53,969 bases of DNA. Source: Anaerolineae bacterium. Its GTDB lineage: Bacteria; Chloroflexota; Anaerolineae; B4-G1; DUEL01. Numbering within the stretch: the stretch's first letter is position 1; each line of letters begins with the position of its first letter. The stretch covers positions 1 to 53,969 of the forward strand of contig JBDOIF010000129.1 of the NCBI GenBank assembly GCA_041082215.1, given 5' to 3'. A model generated the notes under the pieces. That model saw only the letters and a list, made by a program, of their open reading frames with translations, made no database searches and was not told the DNA's origin. Positions 37,092 to 46,966 of this stretch are shown here, in pieces. A program made the position numbers and the translations under genes.

Positions 37092-38279
37092 ATGGACGTT
37101 CGAGAAGTGGTCATCCTCTCCGCCGTCCGGACGCCCATCGGGGCCTTCGGCGGCGTGCTGAAGGACATCCCGGCGGCCCGGCTGGGGGCGATGGCGGCCC
37201 GGGCCGCGCTGGAGCGGGCCAGCGTGCCCGCCGATGCCATAGACGAGGTCATTTTCGGCTGCGCCCGTCAGGCGGGGAATGGCCCCAACGTCGCCCGGCA
37301 GGTGGCATGGCATGCTGGCGTCCCTGTGGACCGCCCCGCCTGCACCATCAACAAGGCCTGCGCCAGCGGCCTCAAGGCGGTCACTCTGGGGGTCCAGTCC
37401 ATCCTCACCGGCGAAAACCAGACCGTCCTGGTCGGCGGCGTGGAGCAGATGTCCCAGATCCCCTACCTCCTGCCGAAAGCCCGCTGGGGCTATCGGCTGG
37501 GGGAGGACGTGCTGGTAGACGCGATGTACCGCGACGGCTACATGTGCCCGCTGGCGGAGATGCTGATGGGGGAAACGGCGGAGCTGCTGGCGGAGCGGTA
37601 CGGGATCAGCCGTGAAGAGCAGGACGCCTTCGCCCTGGAAAGCCACCGGAAGGCGGTCGCTGCCTGGGAGAGCGGCGCCTTCGCCGGGGAGGTGGTTCCA
37701 GTAGAGGCGCCAGGCCCCAAGGGGCAGGCCGTTATTGTGGACCGGGATGAGCGGCCCCGGCCCGACACATCGCTGGAGAAACTGGCGAAACTCCCCCCGG
37801 CTTTCAGGAAGGACGGGACCATCACCGCTGGAAACGCCTCTGGCATCGCCGACGGTGCGGCTGCGCTGGTGCTGACCACCGCCGGGCACGCCCGCACCCT
37901 GGGGGTTGCCCCGATAGCTCGCTTCCTCGGCTTTGCCTCCGGCGCGGTCCACCCACGGGAGATGGGGCTGGGTCCGGTGCCCGCCACCCATCGCCTGCTG
38001 GAGCGATACGGCATGGCCCTGAGCGACTTCGACCTCATCGAACTCAACGAGGCCTTCGCCGCTCAGGTGCTGGCTGTGGAGCGGGAACTGGAATGGGACC
38101 CCGAGCGGCGCAACGTCCATGGCGGGGCAGTGGCGCTGGGCCATCCCACCGGTTGCAGCGGTGCGCGTATCCTCACTACCCTCCTTCACGCCCTCCGCAC
38201 CCACGACAAAACGGTGGGCCTGGCGACCCTCTGCGTCAGCGGCGGGCTGGGGATGAGCGTGGCGGTGGAGCGAGTGTGA
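37092..38279 (+). CDS. Thiolase (acetyl-CoA C-acyltransferase)
   Basis: RTPIG, NKACASG (catalytic Cys), [20 protein letters not shown] and LCVSGG. Confidence 0.95.
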   Translation: MDVREVVILSAVRTPIGAFGGVLKDIPAARLGAMAARAALERASVPADAIDEVIFGCARQAGNGPNVARQVAWHAGVPVDRPACTINKACASGLKAVTLGVQSILTGENQTVLVGGVEQMSQIPYLLPKARWGYRLGEDVLVDAMYRDGYMCPLAEMLMGETAELLAERYGISREEQDAFALESHRKAVAAWESGAFAGEVVPVEAPGPKGQAVIVDRDERPRPDTSLEKLAKLPPAFRKDGTITAGNASGIADGAAALVLTTAGHARTLGVAPIARFLGFASGAVHPREMGLGPVPATHRLLERYGMALSDFDLIELNEAFAAQVLAVERELEWDPERRNVHGGAVALGHPTGCSGARILTTLLHALRTHDKTVGLATLCVSGGLGMSVAVERV

Positions 38280-38305
38280 AAGCCCTGGAGGCACAGAGAA
38301 CACCA

Positions 38306-39631
38306 ATGAGCCACATTTTCTACAGACGGCCTGCCTTCCCCCACCCGCGCGCCGTCCGGGGTGAGGGGGTTTACCTCTGGGATGCCGACGGTCGCCGCTA
38401 CATTGACGCTTCCGGCGGGGCGGTCGTCGCCAACGTGGGCCACGGGGTGTCCGAGATCGCCCAGGCGATGGCTGAACAGGCTGCGCGGGCGGCCTACCTT
38501 CATGCCACCCTCTTCACCACCGACGCGCTGGAGACCTATGGCGATGAGCTGGCCCGTCGGGTCCCGCTGCCCGATCCCCGCTTCTACTTCCTCACCAGTG
38601 GCTCGGAGGGGATCGAGGCAGCGATCAAGTTCGCCCGGCAGGTCCAGGTGGCCCGCGGTGAACCTTCCCGCCATCTGGTCATCTCCCGCTGGGGCTCCTA
38701 CCACGGCGCGACGCTGGGCGCGCTGGCGGTGACGGGCAAGCCGAAGATGCGGGCCCTCTACCTGCCGATGCTGCACGACCAGCCCCATATCCCCCCGCCC
38801 TATTGCTACCGCTGTCCGTTCGGAGCGACCTGTCCGGCCTGTGGCCTCGCCTGCGCCCACGCACTGGAGACGGAGATCCTCCGTCAGGGCCCCGACCAGG
38901 TCGCCGCCTTCCTCGCCGAACCGGTGGGCGGGGCAACGCTGGGAGCGGTGGTCCCGCCGGAGGGGTACTGGCCGCTGGTACGGGAGATCTGCGACCGATA
39001 CGGCCTGATCCTGATCGCCGATGAGGTGATGACCGGTTTCGGGCGGACCGGTCGGTGGTTCGGGATGGAGCATTTCGGGGCAGTGCCGGATGTGATGGTA
39101 ATGGGGAAAGGGGCCACCGGCGGATACTTCCCCCTCTCCATCCTTGCCGTCCGCGGGACCGACCTGAAGGCCGTCCAGGAAGCGCACGGGGATTTCGTTC
39201 ACGGCGGGACCTTTTCTCATCACGCCGTTGGGGCGGCGGCGGCGCTGGCGACGCTCCGGTATCTGGAGGCTCACGACCTGGTGCGGGTCGGGGCGGAGAG
39301 GGGAGCCTGCCTGGGTCGGCGGCTCCGCGAGGCGCTATCCGACCTGCCCTGGGTGGGCGACATCCGCGGGCTGGGGATGATGTGGGCCGTGGAGTTCGTG
39401 GCCGACCGGCGGACACGGGAGCCTTTTCCACCGGAGAAGCACCTGGCCCGAGCTGTGGGCGACCTGGCCTTCGAGCACGGGGTGATCTTCTACCCCGGCT
39501 CCGGCGGGGCCGATGGGGTGCGAGGCGACCATGTGATGGTCGCTCCGCCGCTGGTCATCACCGAAGGACAGATCGAGGAGGTCGTGGCTGTGCTGCGGGC
39601 AGCCGTCATAGAGGCAGCAGGAAGGAGTTAA
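38306..39631 (+). CDS. Class III PLP aminotransferase (YodT-like / beta-amino-acid transaminase type; GTG alternative at 38276)
   Basis: YIDASGGAVVANVGHG, SGSEG.EAAIK, SRWGSYHGATLGAL, AEPVGGAT, DEVMTGFGRTG, GKG (PLP Lys) and APPL. Confidence 0.9.
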   Translation: MSHIFYRRPAFPHPRAVRGEGVYLWDADGRRYIDASGGAVVANVGHGVSEIAQAMAEQAARAAYLHATLFTTDALETYGDELARRVPLPDPRFYFLTSGSEGIEAAIKFARQVQVARGEPSRHLVISRWGSYHGATLGALAVTGKPKMRALYLPMLHDQPHIPPPYCYRCPFGATCPACGLACAHALETEILRQGPDQVAAFLAEPVGGATLGAVVPPEGYWPLVREICDRYGLILIADEVMTGFGRTGRWFGMEHFGAVPDVMVMGKGATGGYFPLSILAVRGTDLKAVQEAHGDFVHGGTFSHHAVGAAAALATLRYLEAHDLVRVGAERGACLGRRLREALSDLPWVGDIRGLGMMWAVEFVADRRTREPFPPEKHLARAVGDLAFEHGVIFYPGSGGADGVRGDHVMVAPPLVITEGQIEEVVAVLRAAVIEAAGRS

Positions 39632-39646
39632 ACTGGAGGGGGAAAA

Positions 39647-41059
39647 ATGGTCGGCCTGAAAATCCTGAGCGATGCCGAAGTTGAGGCGATCCACGAGGCA
39701 ACCCTGCGCATCCTGGAGGAGGTCGGCGTAGTGCTCACCCACCCCGAAGCGCGGGAGGTCCTTACCGGCGCTGGCGCGACCGTCCGCGGCGAACGGGTGT
39801 TGATCCCCGCCAGCCTGGCGGAGAGCGCCCTCCGGCAGTGCCCCTCCCGGGTCGGGGTGCGGGGGCGGGACGGCCGGGAGGTGGTCCTGGGGGACGGGTC
39901 GCTGCACTGGCACAACCTGGGCGGGGCCAGAGACGTATACGACCTGCGGACCGGCCGGTGCCGGCCGGCAACGACACAGGACGTGCGGGACAGCACACGG
40001 CTCCTCGATGCCATTGAAGCGGCGACGACGATAACGCCGCTCTTCACCCCTCAGGACGTGCCAGGTCCGCTGATGTCCCTGGCGATGTACCGGCATGCCC
40101 TGCCCCACACCACCAAGCCGGTCCAGGGGCCGGGCGTGCAGACCCCCACGGAGGTCCGGCTGGCGGTGCAGATGGCCTCCGTGCTGGGTCCCCCCCAGGA
40201 GGTCCTCACCCTCAGCGTGTCGCCTGTCAGCCCCCTCATCTTTCCGGATGATGTGGCCGGGGCGATTGTCGAGATCGCGCGACGGGGGATCGGTTTTGCC
40301 CCTCTGCCGTGCCCGACGGCTGGAGCTACCGCCCCTCTCTCCCTGGCCGGCGCGCTGGCCCAGCAAAACGCCGAGCTGCTGGCCTCGGTGGTCCTGGCCC
40401 AGTCCGTGCACCCGGGGCTCCCCATCGTCTACTGCGGCCGGCTGGCGATGATGGAGCCACGGACTGGACTTTCCGTCTGGGGTGGTGTAGAATTGGGCCT
40501 GGCCTCCGCTGCCACGGTTCAGATCGGCCACCTCTACCGGCTACCGGTCAACGTGTATGGCTTCTCCACCAACTCCCACACGCTGGACATTCAGAACGGG
40601 TTTGAACGGGCGGTCAACGCAGTGCTGCCGGCGATGGCCGGAGCGGACGAGCTTTCAGGGATCGGCGAGATGAACGCGGGGGTGACCAGCTCCTACGCCC
40701 AGATCGTCGCCGATGGGGAGATCGCGGCCAGCGTGTACCGCCTGCGGAGGGGGTTTGCGGTGGACGAGGACGCGCTGGCGGTCGAGGTCATCGGGCGAGT
40801 GATGGACACCGTCCGCAACTTCCTCGGAGAACGCCACACCGTCCGCTACCTCCGCAGCGGCGAGATCCTCACCACCCGCCTGGCCGTGCGGCAGGGCTGG
40901 GAGCAGTGGGTGCGGGAAGGCCAGGAGGGAATGGCAGAGCGGGCCCAGGCGGAGGCGGAGCGGATCCTGGCCGGGCACGAAGTTCCGCCCCTGAGTCCGG
41001 AACAGGAGCGCGCGCTGGACGAGGTGATGCGCGAGGCGGAAGCTCTGCTGGTCGGTTAG
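39647..41059 (+). CDS. MttB-superfamily methyltransferase, non-pyrrolysine (paralog 4)
   Basis: IHEATLRILEEVGV, SPVSPL, AGATAPLSLAG...NAELLA, DIQNGFE and LAVEVI. Confidence 0.92.
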   Translation: MVGLKILSDAEVEAIHEATLRILEEVGVVLTHPEAREVLTGAGATVRGERVLIPASLAESALRQCPSRVGVRGRDGREVVLGDGSLHWHNLGGARDVYDLRTGRCRPATTQDVRDSTRLLDAIEAATTITPLFTPQDVPGPLMSLAMYRHALPHTTKPVQGPGVQTPTEVRLAVQMASVLGPPQEVLTLSVSPVSPLIFPDDVAGAIVEIARRGIGFAPLPCPTAGATAPLSLAGALAQQNAELLASVVLAQSVHPGLPIVYCGRLAMMEPRTGLSVWGGVELGLASAATVQIGHLYRLPVNVYGFSTNSHTLDIQNGFERAVNAVLPAMAGADELSGIGEMNAGVTSSYAQIVADGEIAASVYRLRRGFAVDEDALAVEVIGRVMDTVRNFLGERHTVRYLRSGEILTTRLAVRQGWEQWVREGQEGMAERAQAEAERILAGHEVPPLSPEQERALDEVMREAEALLVG

Positions 41060-41177
41060 GCAGGGGCAGGCGCTGCGGCAGAAAGGAGGTGGTGAGAAGG
41101 GGGAGCCAGATGTGGATCAGGCTGAGCAGTTGCCTGGAGCAAAACCGCTGAGTCCTTTTCAGTAGAGGAGGTGCGAG

Positions 41178-42911
41178 ATGGGAGAGAGCATACGCCCCCG
41201 ACTCTATGGGGTGCTGAGCATCCTGGCGGTCATTGTCCTGCTGCTGGCGGCCTGCGCGCCCAAGGCGACACCCACTGCAACCGAGGCCCCCCCCGAGGCC
41301 GCCACGGAAGCCCCCACCGAGGCCGCCACGGAAGCCCCGACCGAGGCAGCGGCTCCGAAGAGCGTCACCATCACCTTTTTTGAAGAGCCGGACAACCTGA
41401 ACCCGTGGTACACCCAGATGTGGTTTGCCTGGGTGGCGCGGGACCTCTTCCTGGTGGGTCTCTGGTCACATAACGAAAACCTGGAGATGGTCCCGGAGAT
41501 GGCGGCGGAGATCCCCACTGCAGAGAACGGCGGGCTTTCGGAGGATGGCCTGACCATCACGATCAAACTGCGGCAGGATGCAAAATGGTCGGACGGGGAG
41601 CCGGTCACGGCCCACGACTTCGTCTTTACCTACGAGATGATTATGGCGGACGGCAACAGCATCCAGACCCGTTACCCCTACGACACCTACGTCGAGAGCG
41701 TCACCGCACTGGACGATTACACGCTGCAGATCAAACTGACCGAGCCGTATGCCGCCTGGTATATGATGTTCAAGGACGTCCTGCCCAAGCACATCCTGGA
41801 GCCGGTCTTCGAGGCGGAGGGCACCATTGACAACGCCGAATGGAACCGGGCCCCCACTGTGGGGAACGGCCCCTTCGTCTTCAAGGAGTGGCAGGCCGCC
41901 AGCCACATCGTCTTCGAGGCCAATCCCAACTACTGGCGTGGCCGCCCGAAGCTGGACCAGATCTTCATCCGCATCGTGCCCGATACGGAGGCGCAGATGG
42001 CTGCCATCCAGGCGAGCGACACCGACATCGGCGTCTTCCTCAGCGCTGCCGATAAGCCGACCATTGATGCGCTGGAAAACTTCGAGATGGTGACGGTCCC
42101 CTCCGGCTACATCGAATCCTGGTTCTTCAACCTGGATCCGAACACCGGCCACCCCGCCCTGCAGGACGTGCGCGTCCGCCAGGCGATCGTGATGGCGGTG
42201 GACCGGCAGAAGATCATTGACGAGCTGTTCTACGGCCTGTACAAGATCCCCAGGACCTTCTGGTATGACACACCGTGGGAGGACCCCAGCATCGAGCCCT
42301 ATCCCTATGATCCGCAGGCCGCTGCGGCGCTGCTGGACGAGGCCGGGTGGACCGACACCAACGGGGACGGCACGCGGGATAAGGACGGCGTGGAGCTCGT
42401 CCTGCGCTACTCCACTACCTCCGGCCACGAGCTGCGCGAGGCGATGCAGGTCGTCATCCAGCAGATGCTGGCCGAGGTGGGGATCGGCACGGAGATCGTC
42501 AACTACTCCTACGACACCATCTGGAACTCCTACGCCGACGAAGGGCCCATCGCTACCGGTCAGTACGACATCGCCCAGTGGTCGGACGGGGCCTACGAAT
42601 TTCCCGATCCCAACACCCCCTACTGGCTGTGCTCGGAGAGGGTCTCCGAGGAGAACCCCTACGGGACCAACTGGTACGGCGTCTGCGACCCGGAACTGGA
42701 CCCCCTGCTCCAGGAGCAGGCGGTGACAGCCGATGTGGAGCAGCGGATCCAGTTGTACTACCAGATCGAGCGCATCATACACGAGAAGGTGTACTGGGTG
42801 GGCCTGCGGACCGACCCCGACATCTGGGCAGTGAACACGCGCATCCAGAACATCCGCATCGGGCCGGTGGACTGCTTCTGGAACGCCTTCGAGTGGGACG
42901 TCCCCGAGTAA
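41178..42911 (+). CDS. Peptide/nickel ABC transporter substrate-binding lipoprotein (family 5)
   Basis: Lipobox LAAC, A/T/E/P linker, LRQDAKWSDGEPVTAHDFVFT, GNGPF, DVRVRQA and YDPQAA. Confidence 0.92.
   Translation: MGESIRPRLYGVLSILAVIVLLLAACAPKATPTATEAPPEAATEAPTEAATEAPTEAAAPKSVTITFFEEPDNLNPWYTQMWFAWVARDLFLVGLWSHNENLEMVPEMAAEIPTAENGGLSEDGLTITIKLRQDAKWSDGEPVTAHDFVFTYEMIMADGNSIQTRYPYDTYVESVTALDDYTLQIKLTEPYAAWYMMFKDVLPKHILEPVFEAEGTIDNAEWNRAPTVGNGPFVFKEWQAASHIVFEANPNYWRGRPKLDQIFIRIVPDTEAQMAAIQASDTDIGVFLSAADKPTIDALENFEMVTVPSGYIESWFFNLDPNTGHPALQDVRVRQAIVMAVDRQKIIDELFYGLYKIPRTFWYDTPWEDPSIEPYPYDPQAAAALLDEAGWTDTNGDGTRDKDGVELVLRYSTTSGHELREAMQVVIQQMLAEVGIGTEIVNYSYDTIWNSYADEGPIATGQYDIAQWSDGAYEFPDPNTPYWLCSERVSEENPYGTNWYGVCDPELDPLLQEQAVTADVEQRIQLYYQIERIIHEKVYWVGLRTDPDIWAVNTRIQNIRIGPVDCFWNAFEWDVPE
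41280..41348 (+). repeat. Coding tandem repeat (12/24-nt units, TEAP/TEAA) in the lipoprotein linker
   Basis: CCGAGGCCGCCACGGAAGCCCC occurs twice, with flanking partial units. Confidence 0.8.
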
Positions 42912-42928
42912 GCTGAACGATCTTACCA

Positions 42929-42963
42929 GAGGGGGGAGGGGGGACGGTCCTCCTTCCCCCCTC
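42929..42963 (+). other. G/C hairpin after the binding-protein gene (mRNA-stabilising or partial terminator)
   Basis: GAGGGGGGAGGGGG.../...CCTCCTTCCCCCTC; no U-tract. Confidence 0.45.
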
Positions 42964-42988
42964 GCTCAAATCTGCGGGAGAGCGTGGA

Positions 42989-44020
42989 ATGGGCCGATAC
43001 ATTGTGCGCCGTCTGTTACAGGCGATCCCGTTGCTGTTGATCATCAGCGTCATCCTCTTTATTCTGGCCAACGAAATGGGGGACCCCCTGGCCTCTTTCG
43101 GGGGGCGTCGGCGCATCCGCGCCGAGGACCGGGCCCGCCTGGCCCGGCAGTTGGGGCTGGATAGGCCCATCCTGGTCCAGTACGTCGTCTGGCTGGTGGG
43201 CAACGACTGGATGGGGGTTGACACCGATGGGGACGGGGTGGCCGACGCCCGCGGCGCCCGGCGGGGGATCCTCCGCGGCGACTTCGGCACCTCTTTTACC
43301 GAACGACGGCCGGTGCTGGAGATTATCAGGGAGCGGGTGGGCAACACCCTCCTGTTGATGCTGACCAGCGAGATAGTGATCCTCATTTTCTCGCTCGCCA
43401 TTGGCATCTATTCCGCCCTGCGGCAGTACTCAACCCTTGATTACGCAGCCACTGCCTTCTCATTTATTGGCTATTCGATGCCGGTCTTCTGGCTGGCGCT
43501 GATCCTGATGTACATCTTCGCCGTCAACTTCAAGCGCTGGGGCCTGCCTTATTTCCCCACCGTCGGAATGTATGACCTGGCGGTCGGCCCCACAGTGTCG
43601 CAGATCCTCTGGCATCTGGCACTGCCGGTGGCGACGATTTCCATCATCAGCATCGCCGGCTACTCCCGCTACGTCCGTGCCCAGATGCTGGAGGTGATCA
43701 ATCAGGACTACATCCGCACCGCCTGGGCCAAAGGGCTGCCACGCCGCACCGTGATCCTCAAGCACGCCCTGAAGAACGCCGCGCTGCCGCTGGTGACGAT
43801 CCTGGGGATGGACCTGCCGCTATTGCTCAGCGGGGCGGTGGTCACCGAGTCCATCTTTGCCTGGCCGGGGATGGGGCGGCTCTTCTGGGACGCGGCACAG
43901 GATACCGACATCCCTGTGCTGATGGGCATCCTGGTCATCATCTCCACGCTGGTCGTCCTCTTCCAGATCATCACCGACATCACCTACACCTTCCTCGACC
44001 CGCGGATCCGTTATGATTGA
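42989..44020 (+). CDS. Peptide ABC transporter permease (OppB/DppB-like)
   Basis: YIVRRLL, GDFGTS, DYIRTAWAKGL, HALKNA, ESIFAWPGMG and DPRIR. Confidence 0.93.
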   Translation: MGRYIVRRLLQAIPLLLIISVILFILANEMGDPLASFGGRRRIRAEDRARLARQLGLDRPILVQYVVWLVGNDWMGVDTDGDGVADARGARRGILRGDFGTSFTERRPVLEIIRERVGNTLLLMLTSEIVILIFSLAIGIYSALRQYSTLDYAATAFSFIGYSMPVFWLALILMYIFAVNFKRWGLPYFPTVGMYDLAVGPTVSQILWHLALPVATISIISIAGYSRYVRAQMLEVINQDYIRTAWAKGLPRRTVILKHALKNAALPLVTILGMDLPLLLSGAVVTESIFAWPGMGRLFWDAAQDTDIPVLMGILVIISTLVVLFQIITDITYTFLDPRIRYD

Positions 44021-44031
44021 GGGAAGCGACG

Positions 44032-44982
44032 ATGGCAACGACCGAAGTGACCTGGGAGGTTTTCGAAGAACAGGCGGAGCGGCCGCCGCTGACGCCGGCG
44101 CAGGTGGCCTGGCGCCGCTTCCGCCGCCACAAGATGGCTCTGGCGGGAGCCGGTATCCTCATCGCCATATTCCTCTATATCTTCATCGGCTCCCTGGTCT
44201 TCTCCGAGGCGGACGCCAATTATAACGACCTCTCCGTGCGCCTCTCCCCGCCGTCCTGGGAGCACCCTTTCGGCACCGACACAACCGGCCGGGACATCCT
44301 GGCCCGCACCATTTATGGCGGTCAGATCTCGATCATTGTGGGCGTCCTGGCCGTGGTCGTCTCCCTCATCGTCGGCACGCTGATCGGCGCCATCGCTGGC
44401 TACTACGGCGGCGTCGTGGACAGCATCCTGATGCGCTTTACCGAGGCGGTCTTCAACATCCCCCAGCTCTTCCTGCTGATCATCCTGGCCAAGATGTTCG
44501 GCGGCAAGATCCCCACCTTCCAGTTTCTCGGCCGCTCTTTCAGCGGGAGCGTCATCGTCATCATCGGCGTCATCGGCCTCACCAGCTGGATGTACCTGGC
44601 GCGGATCGTGCGGGCCAACTTCCTGGCCCTCCGGGAACAGGAATTTGTCACCGCAGCGCGGTGTGCCGGGGCGCGGAACACCACCATCATCTTCGAACAT
44701 ATCCTGCCCAATTCCATCGCCCCCATCGTCGTCGCCGCTACTCTGGATGTGGCAAGCGCCATCCTCTCCGAGGCTTACGTCAGCTTCCTCGGCCTGGGCG
44801 TCCAGCCCCCCACCGCCACCTGGGGCAATATGCTCGATCAGGCCTACCATCACCTGGAGACGGAGCCCTGGATGTGGTTCTTCCCCGGTATGCTGATCCT
44901 GCTGACCGTGCTGGGGATCAACTTCCTCGGCGACGGGCTGCGGGACGCGCTCGACCCCCGCGCGCTGGCGGAGACCGGATAG
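44032..44982 (+). CDS. Peptide ABC transporter permease (OppC/DppC-like)
   Basis: WRRFRRHK, HPFGTD..GRD, EFVTAARC.GA, HILPN, SFLGLG and GDGLRDALDP. Confidence 0.93.
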   Translation: MATTEVTWEVFEEQAERPPLTPAQVAWRRFRRHKMALAGAGILIAIFLYIFIGSLVFSEADANYNDLSVRLSPPSWEHPFGTDTTGRDILARTIYGGQISIIVGVLAVVVSLIVGTLIGAIAGYYGGVVDSILMRFTEAVFNIPQLFLLIILAKMFGGKIPTFQFLGRSFSGSVIVIIGVIGLTSWMYLARIVRANFLALREQEFVTAARCAGARNTTIIFEHILPNSIAPIVVAATLDVASAILSEAYVSFLGLGVQPPTATWGNMLDQAYHHLETEPWMWFFPGMLILLTVLGINFLGDGLRDALDPRALAETG

Positions 44983-44992
44983 GAGGCCCGAC

Positions 44993-45979
44993 GTGAGTCC
45001 ACTGCTCGAAGTGCGCGATCTCACCACCCGCTTCTACACGCTGGACGGCGTCGTCTGCGCCGTCAACGGAATCTCCTACACCCTGGAGGAAGGGGAAACG
45101 CTGGGGATCGTCGGCGAGAGCGGCTGCGGCAAGAGCGTCAGCGTTCTCTCCCTGATGCGGCTGATCCCCGAACCGCCGGGCCGCATCGTCGCCGGAGAGG
45201 CGCTGTACCGGGGGCGGGACCTCCTCCGGCTCTCTGAGGAGGAGATGCAACAGATCCGCGGCCGGGAAATCGCGATGGTCTTCCAGGACCCGATGACCTC
45301 CCTCAACCCTGTGTTCACCGTGGGCGACCAACTGACGGAGCCGATGCGGCTTCACCTGGGGATGAGCCGGAAGGAGGCGCGCGAGCGCGCAGCCGAACTG
45401 CTGGAGATGGTCGGCATCCCCCGCGCCGCCGAGCGGCTCGACGACTATCCCCATCAGTTCTCCGGCGGGATGCGCCAGCGGGCGATGATCGCTATGGCCC
45501 TCTCGTGCAGTCCCAGCATCCTCATCGCCGATGAACCGACCACCGCCCTCGATGTAACCATCCAGGCCCAGATCGTTGACCTGGTGAAGGCGCTCCGCGA
45601 CCGGCTCGGCATGGCGGTCATCTGGATCACCCACGACCTGGGGGTGATCGCCGGGATCGCCGAACGGGTGATCGTGATGTACGCTGGCTTCATCGTCGAG
45701 GAGGGGCCGGTGGGCGAGATCTACGGCAACCCCCGCCACCCCTACACCCTCGCCCTGCTGGCCTCCCTCCCTCGGGTGGATCGGACCAGCAACCAGCGGC
45801 TGGCAGTGATCCCCGGCCTCCCACCCGACCTGCTGGGGCTGCCACCGGGCTGTCCGTTCACCCCACGCTGTTCCTATGCCCGGCCCGAATGCCGCGAGAA
45901 GAACCCGGACCTGCAACCTGTCCACTCCGGCCACCGGGTCGCCTGCTGGGTTGACGTGACGACGGGGAGGCTGCGATGA
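44993..45979 (+). CDS. Peptide ABC transporter ATPase (OppD/DppD-like)
   Basis: [38 protein letters not shown] and a C-terminal Cys cluster. Confidence 0.95.
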   Translation: MSPLLEVRDLTTRFYTLDGVVCAVNGISYTLEEGETLGIVGESGCGKSVSVLSLMRLIPEPPGRIVAGEALYRGRDLLRLSEEEMQQIRGREIAMVFQDPMTSLNPVFTVGDQLTEPMRLHLGMSRKEARERAAELLEMVGIPRAAERLDDYPHQFSGGMRQRAMIAMALSCSPSILIADEPTTALDVTIQAQIVDLVKALRDRLGMAVIWITHDLGVIAGIAERVIVMYAGFIVEEGPVGEIYGNPRHPYTLALLASLPRVDRTSNQRLAVIPGLPPDLLGLPPGCPFTPRCSYARPECREKNPDLQPVHSGHRVACWVDVTTGRLR

Positions 45980-46956
45980 ACGACCCGGAACCCCTGTTGC
46001 AGGTCCGAAACCTCAAGAAATACTTTCCCATCACCCGGGGCATCCTCATCCGGCGCCAGGTCGGCGCGGTCTACGCTGTGGACGGCATCTCCTTCGACAT
46101 CTACCCCGGCGAGACGCTGGGGCTGGTGGGCGAGAGCGGGTGCGGCAAGACCACGGCGGGGCGGACGATCCTCCAGCTCTATCGGCCCACCGCCGGGCAG
46201 GTGATCTTCGATGGGGTGGACCTCACCGCCCTCCGCGGAGAGGCACTGCGGCGGATGCGCCGCCGGATGCAGTTGATCTTCCAGGACCCCTTCGCTTCCC
46301 TCAACCCGCGGATGACCATCGCCCGCATCATCAGCGAGCCGCTGAGGGCCCATCACATCGGCACCCCGGCCGAACAGGTGGAGCGGGTCCAGGAACTCCT
46401 CCGCCTGGTCCGCCTCAACCCCCGCTTCATCAACCGCTACCCCCACGAGTTCTCCGGCGGTCAGCGGCAGCGGATCGGCATCGCGCGTGCCCTGGCCTCC
46501 AACCCTGATTTCATCGTCTGCGACGAGCCGATCTCCGCCCTCGACGTCTCCATCCAGGCCCAGATCGTCAACCTGCTGGAGGACCTGCAGGACCAACTGG
46601 GGCTGACCTACCTGTTCATCGCCCACGACCTGAGTATGGTCCGCCACATCTGCGACCGCGTCGCCGTGATGTATCTGGGGAAGCTGGTCGAACTGGCACA
46701 GAAAGACGAGCTGTACGACCACCCCATTCATCCCTATACCCGCGCGCTCCTCTCCGCCGTGCCGGTCCCCGACCCCTCAGTGGAACGGCAGCGAAAGCGC
46801 ATCGTCCTCGAAGGGGATGTCCCCAGCCCTGTGGATCCGCCGCCGGGCTGCCGCTTCCATACCCGTTGCCCCGAGGCCAGGTCTGTCTGTACGGAAGAGG
46901 AGCCAGCCTGGCGCGACATCGGTGGCGGCCACTTCGTCGCCTGCCATGCCGTGTAA
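45976..46956 (+). CDS. Peptide ABC transporter ATPase (OppF/DppF-like)
   Basis: [34 protein letters not shown] and GCRFHTRC. Confidence 0.95.
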   Translation: MNDPEPLLQVRNLKKYFPITRGILIRRQVGAVYAVDGISFDIYPGETLGLVGESGCGKTTAGRTILQLYRPTAGQVIFDGVDLTALRGEALRRMRRRMQLIFQDPFASLNPRMTIARIISEPLRAHHIGTPAEQVERVQELLRLVRLNPRFINRYPHEFSGGQRQRIGIARALASNPDFIVCDEPISALDVSIQAQIVNLLEDLQDQLGLTYLFIAHDLSMVRHICDRVAVMYLGKLVELAQKDELYDHPIHPYTRALLSAVPVPDPSVERQRKRIVLEGDVPSPVDPPPGCRFHTRCPEARSVCTEEEPAWRDIGGGHFVACHAV

Positions 46957-46966
46957 TCCCGCTTTT

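Noticed and set aside
26814..41059. Pyrrolysine (amber) read-through in the mttB or corrinoid genes
   Set aside because: All four mttB frames are full length without an internal TAG, terminal TAGs fall at normal C-termini, and no pyl genes or tRNA-Pyl are visible.
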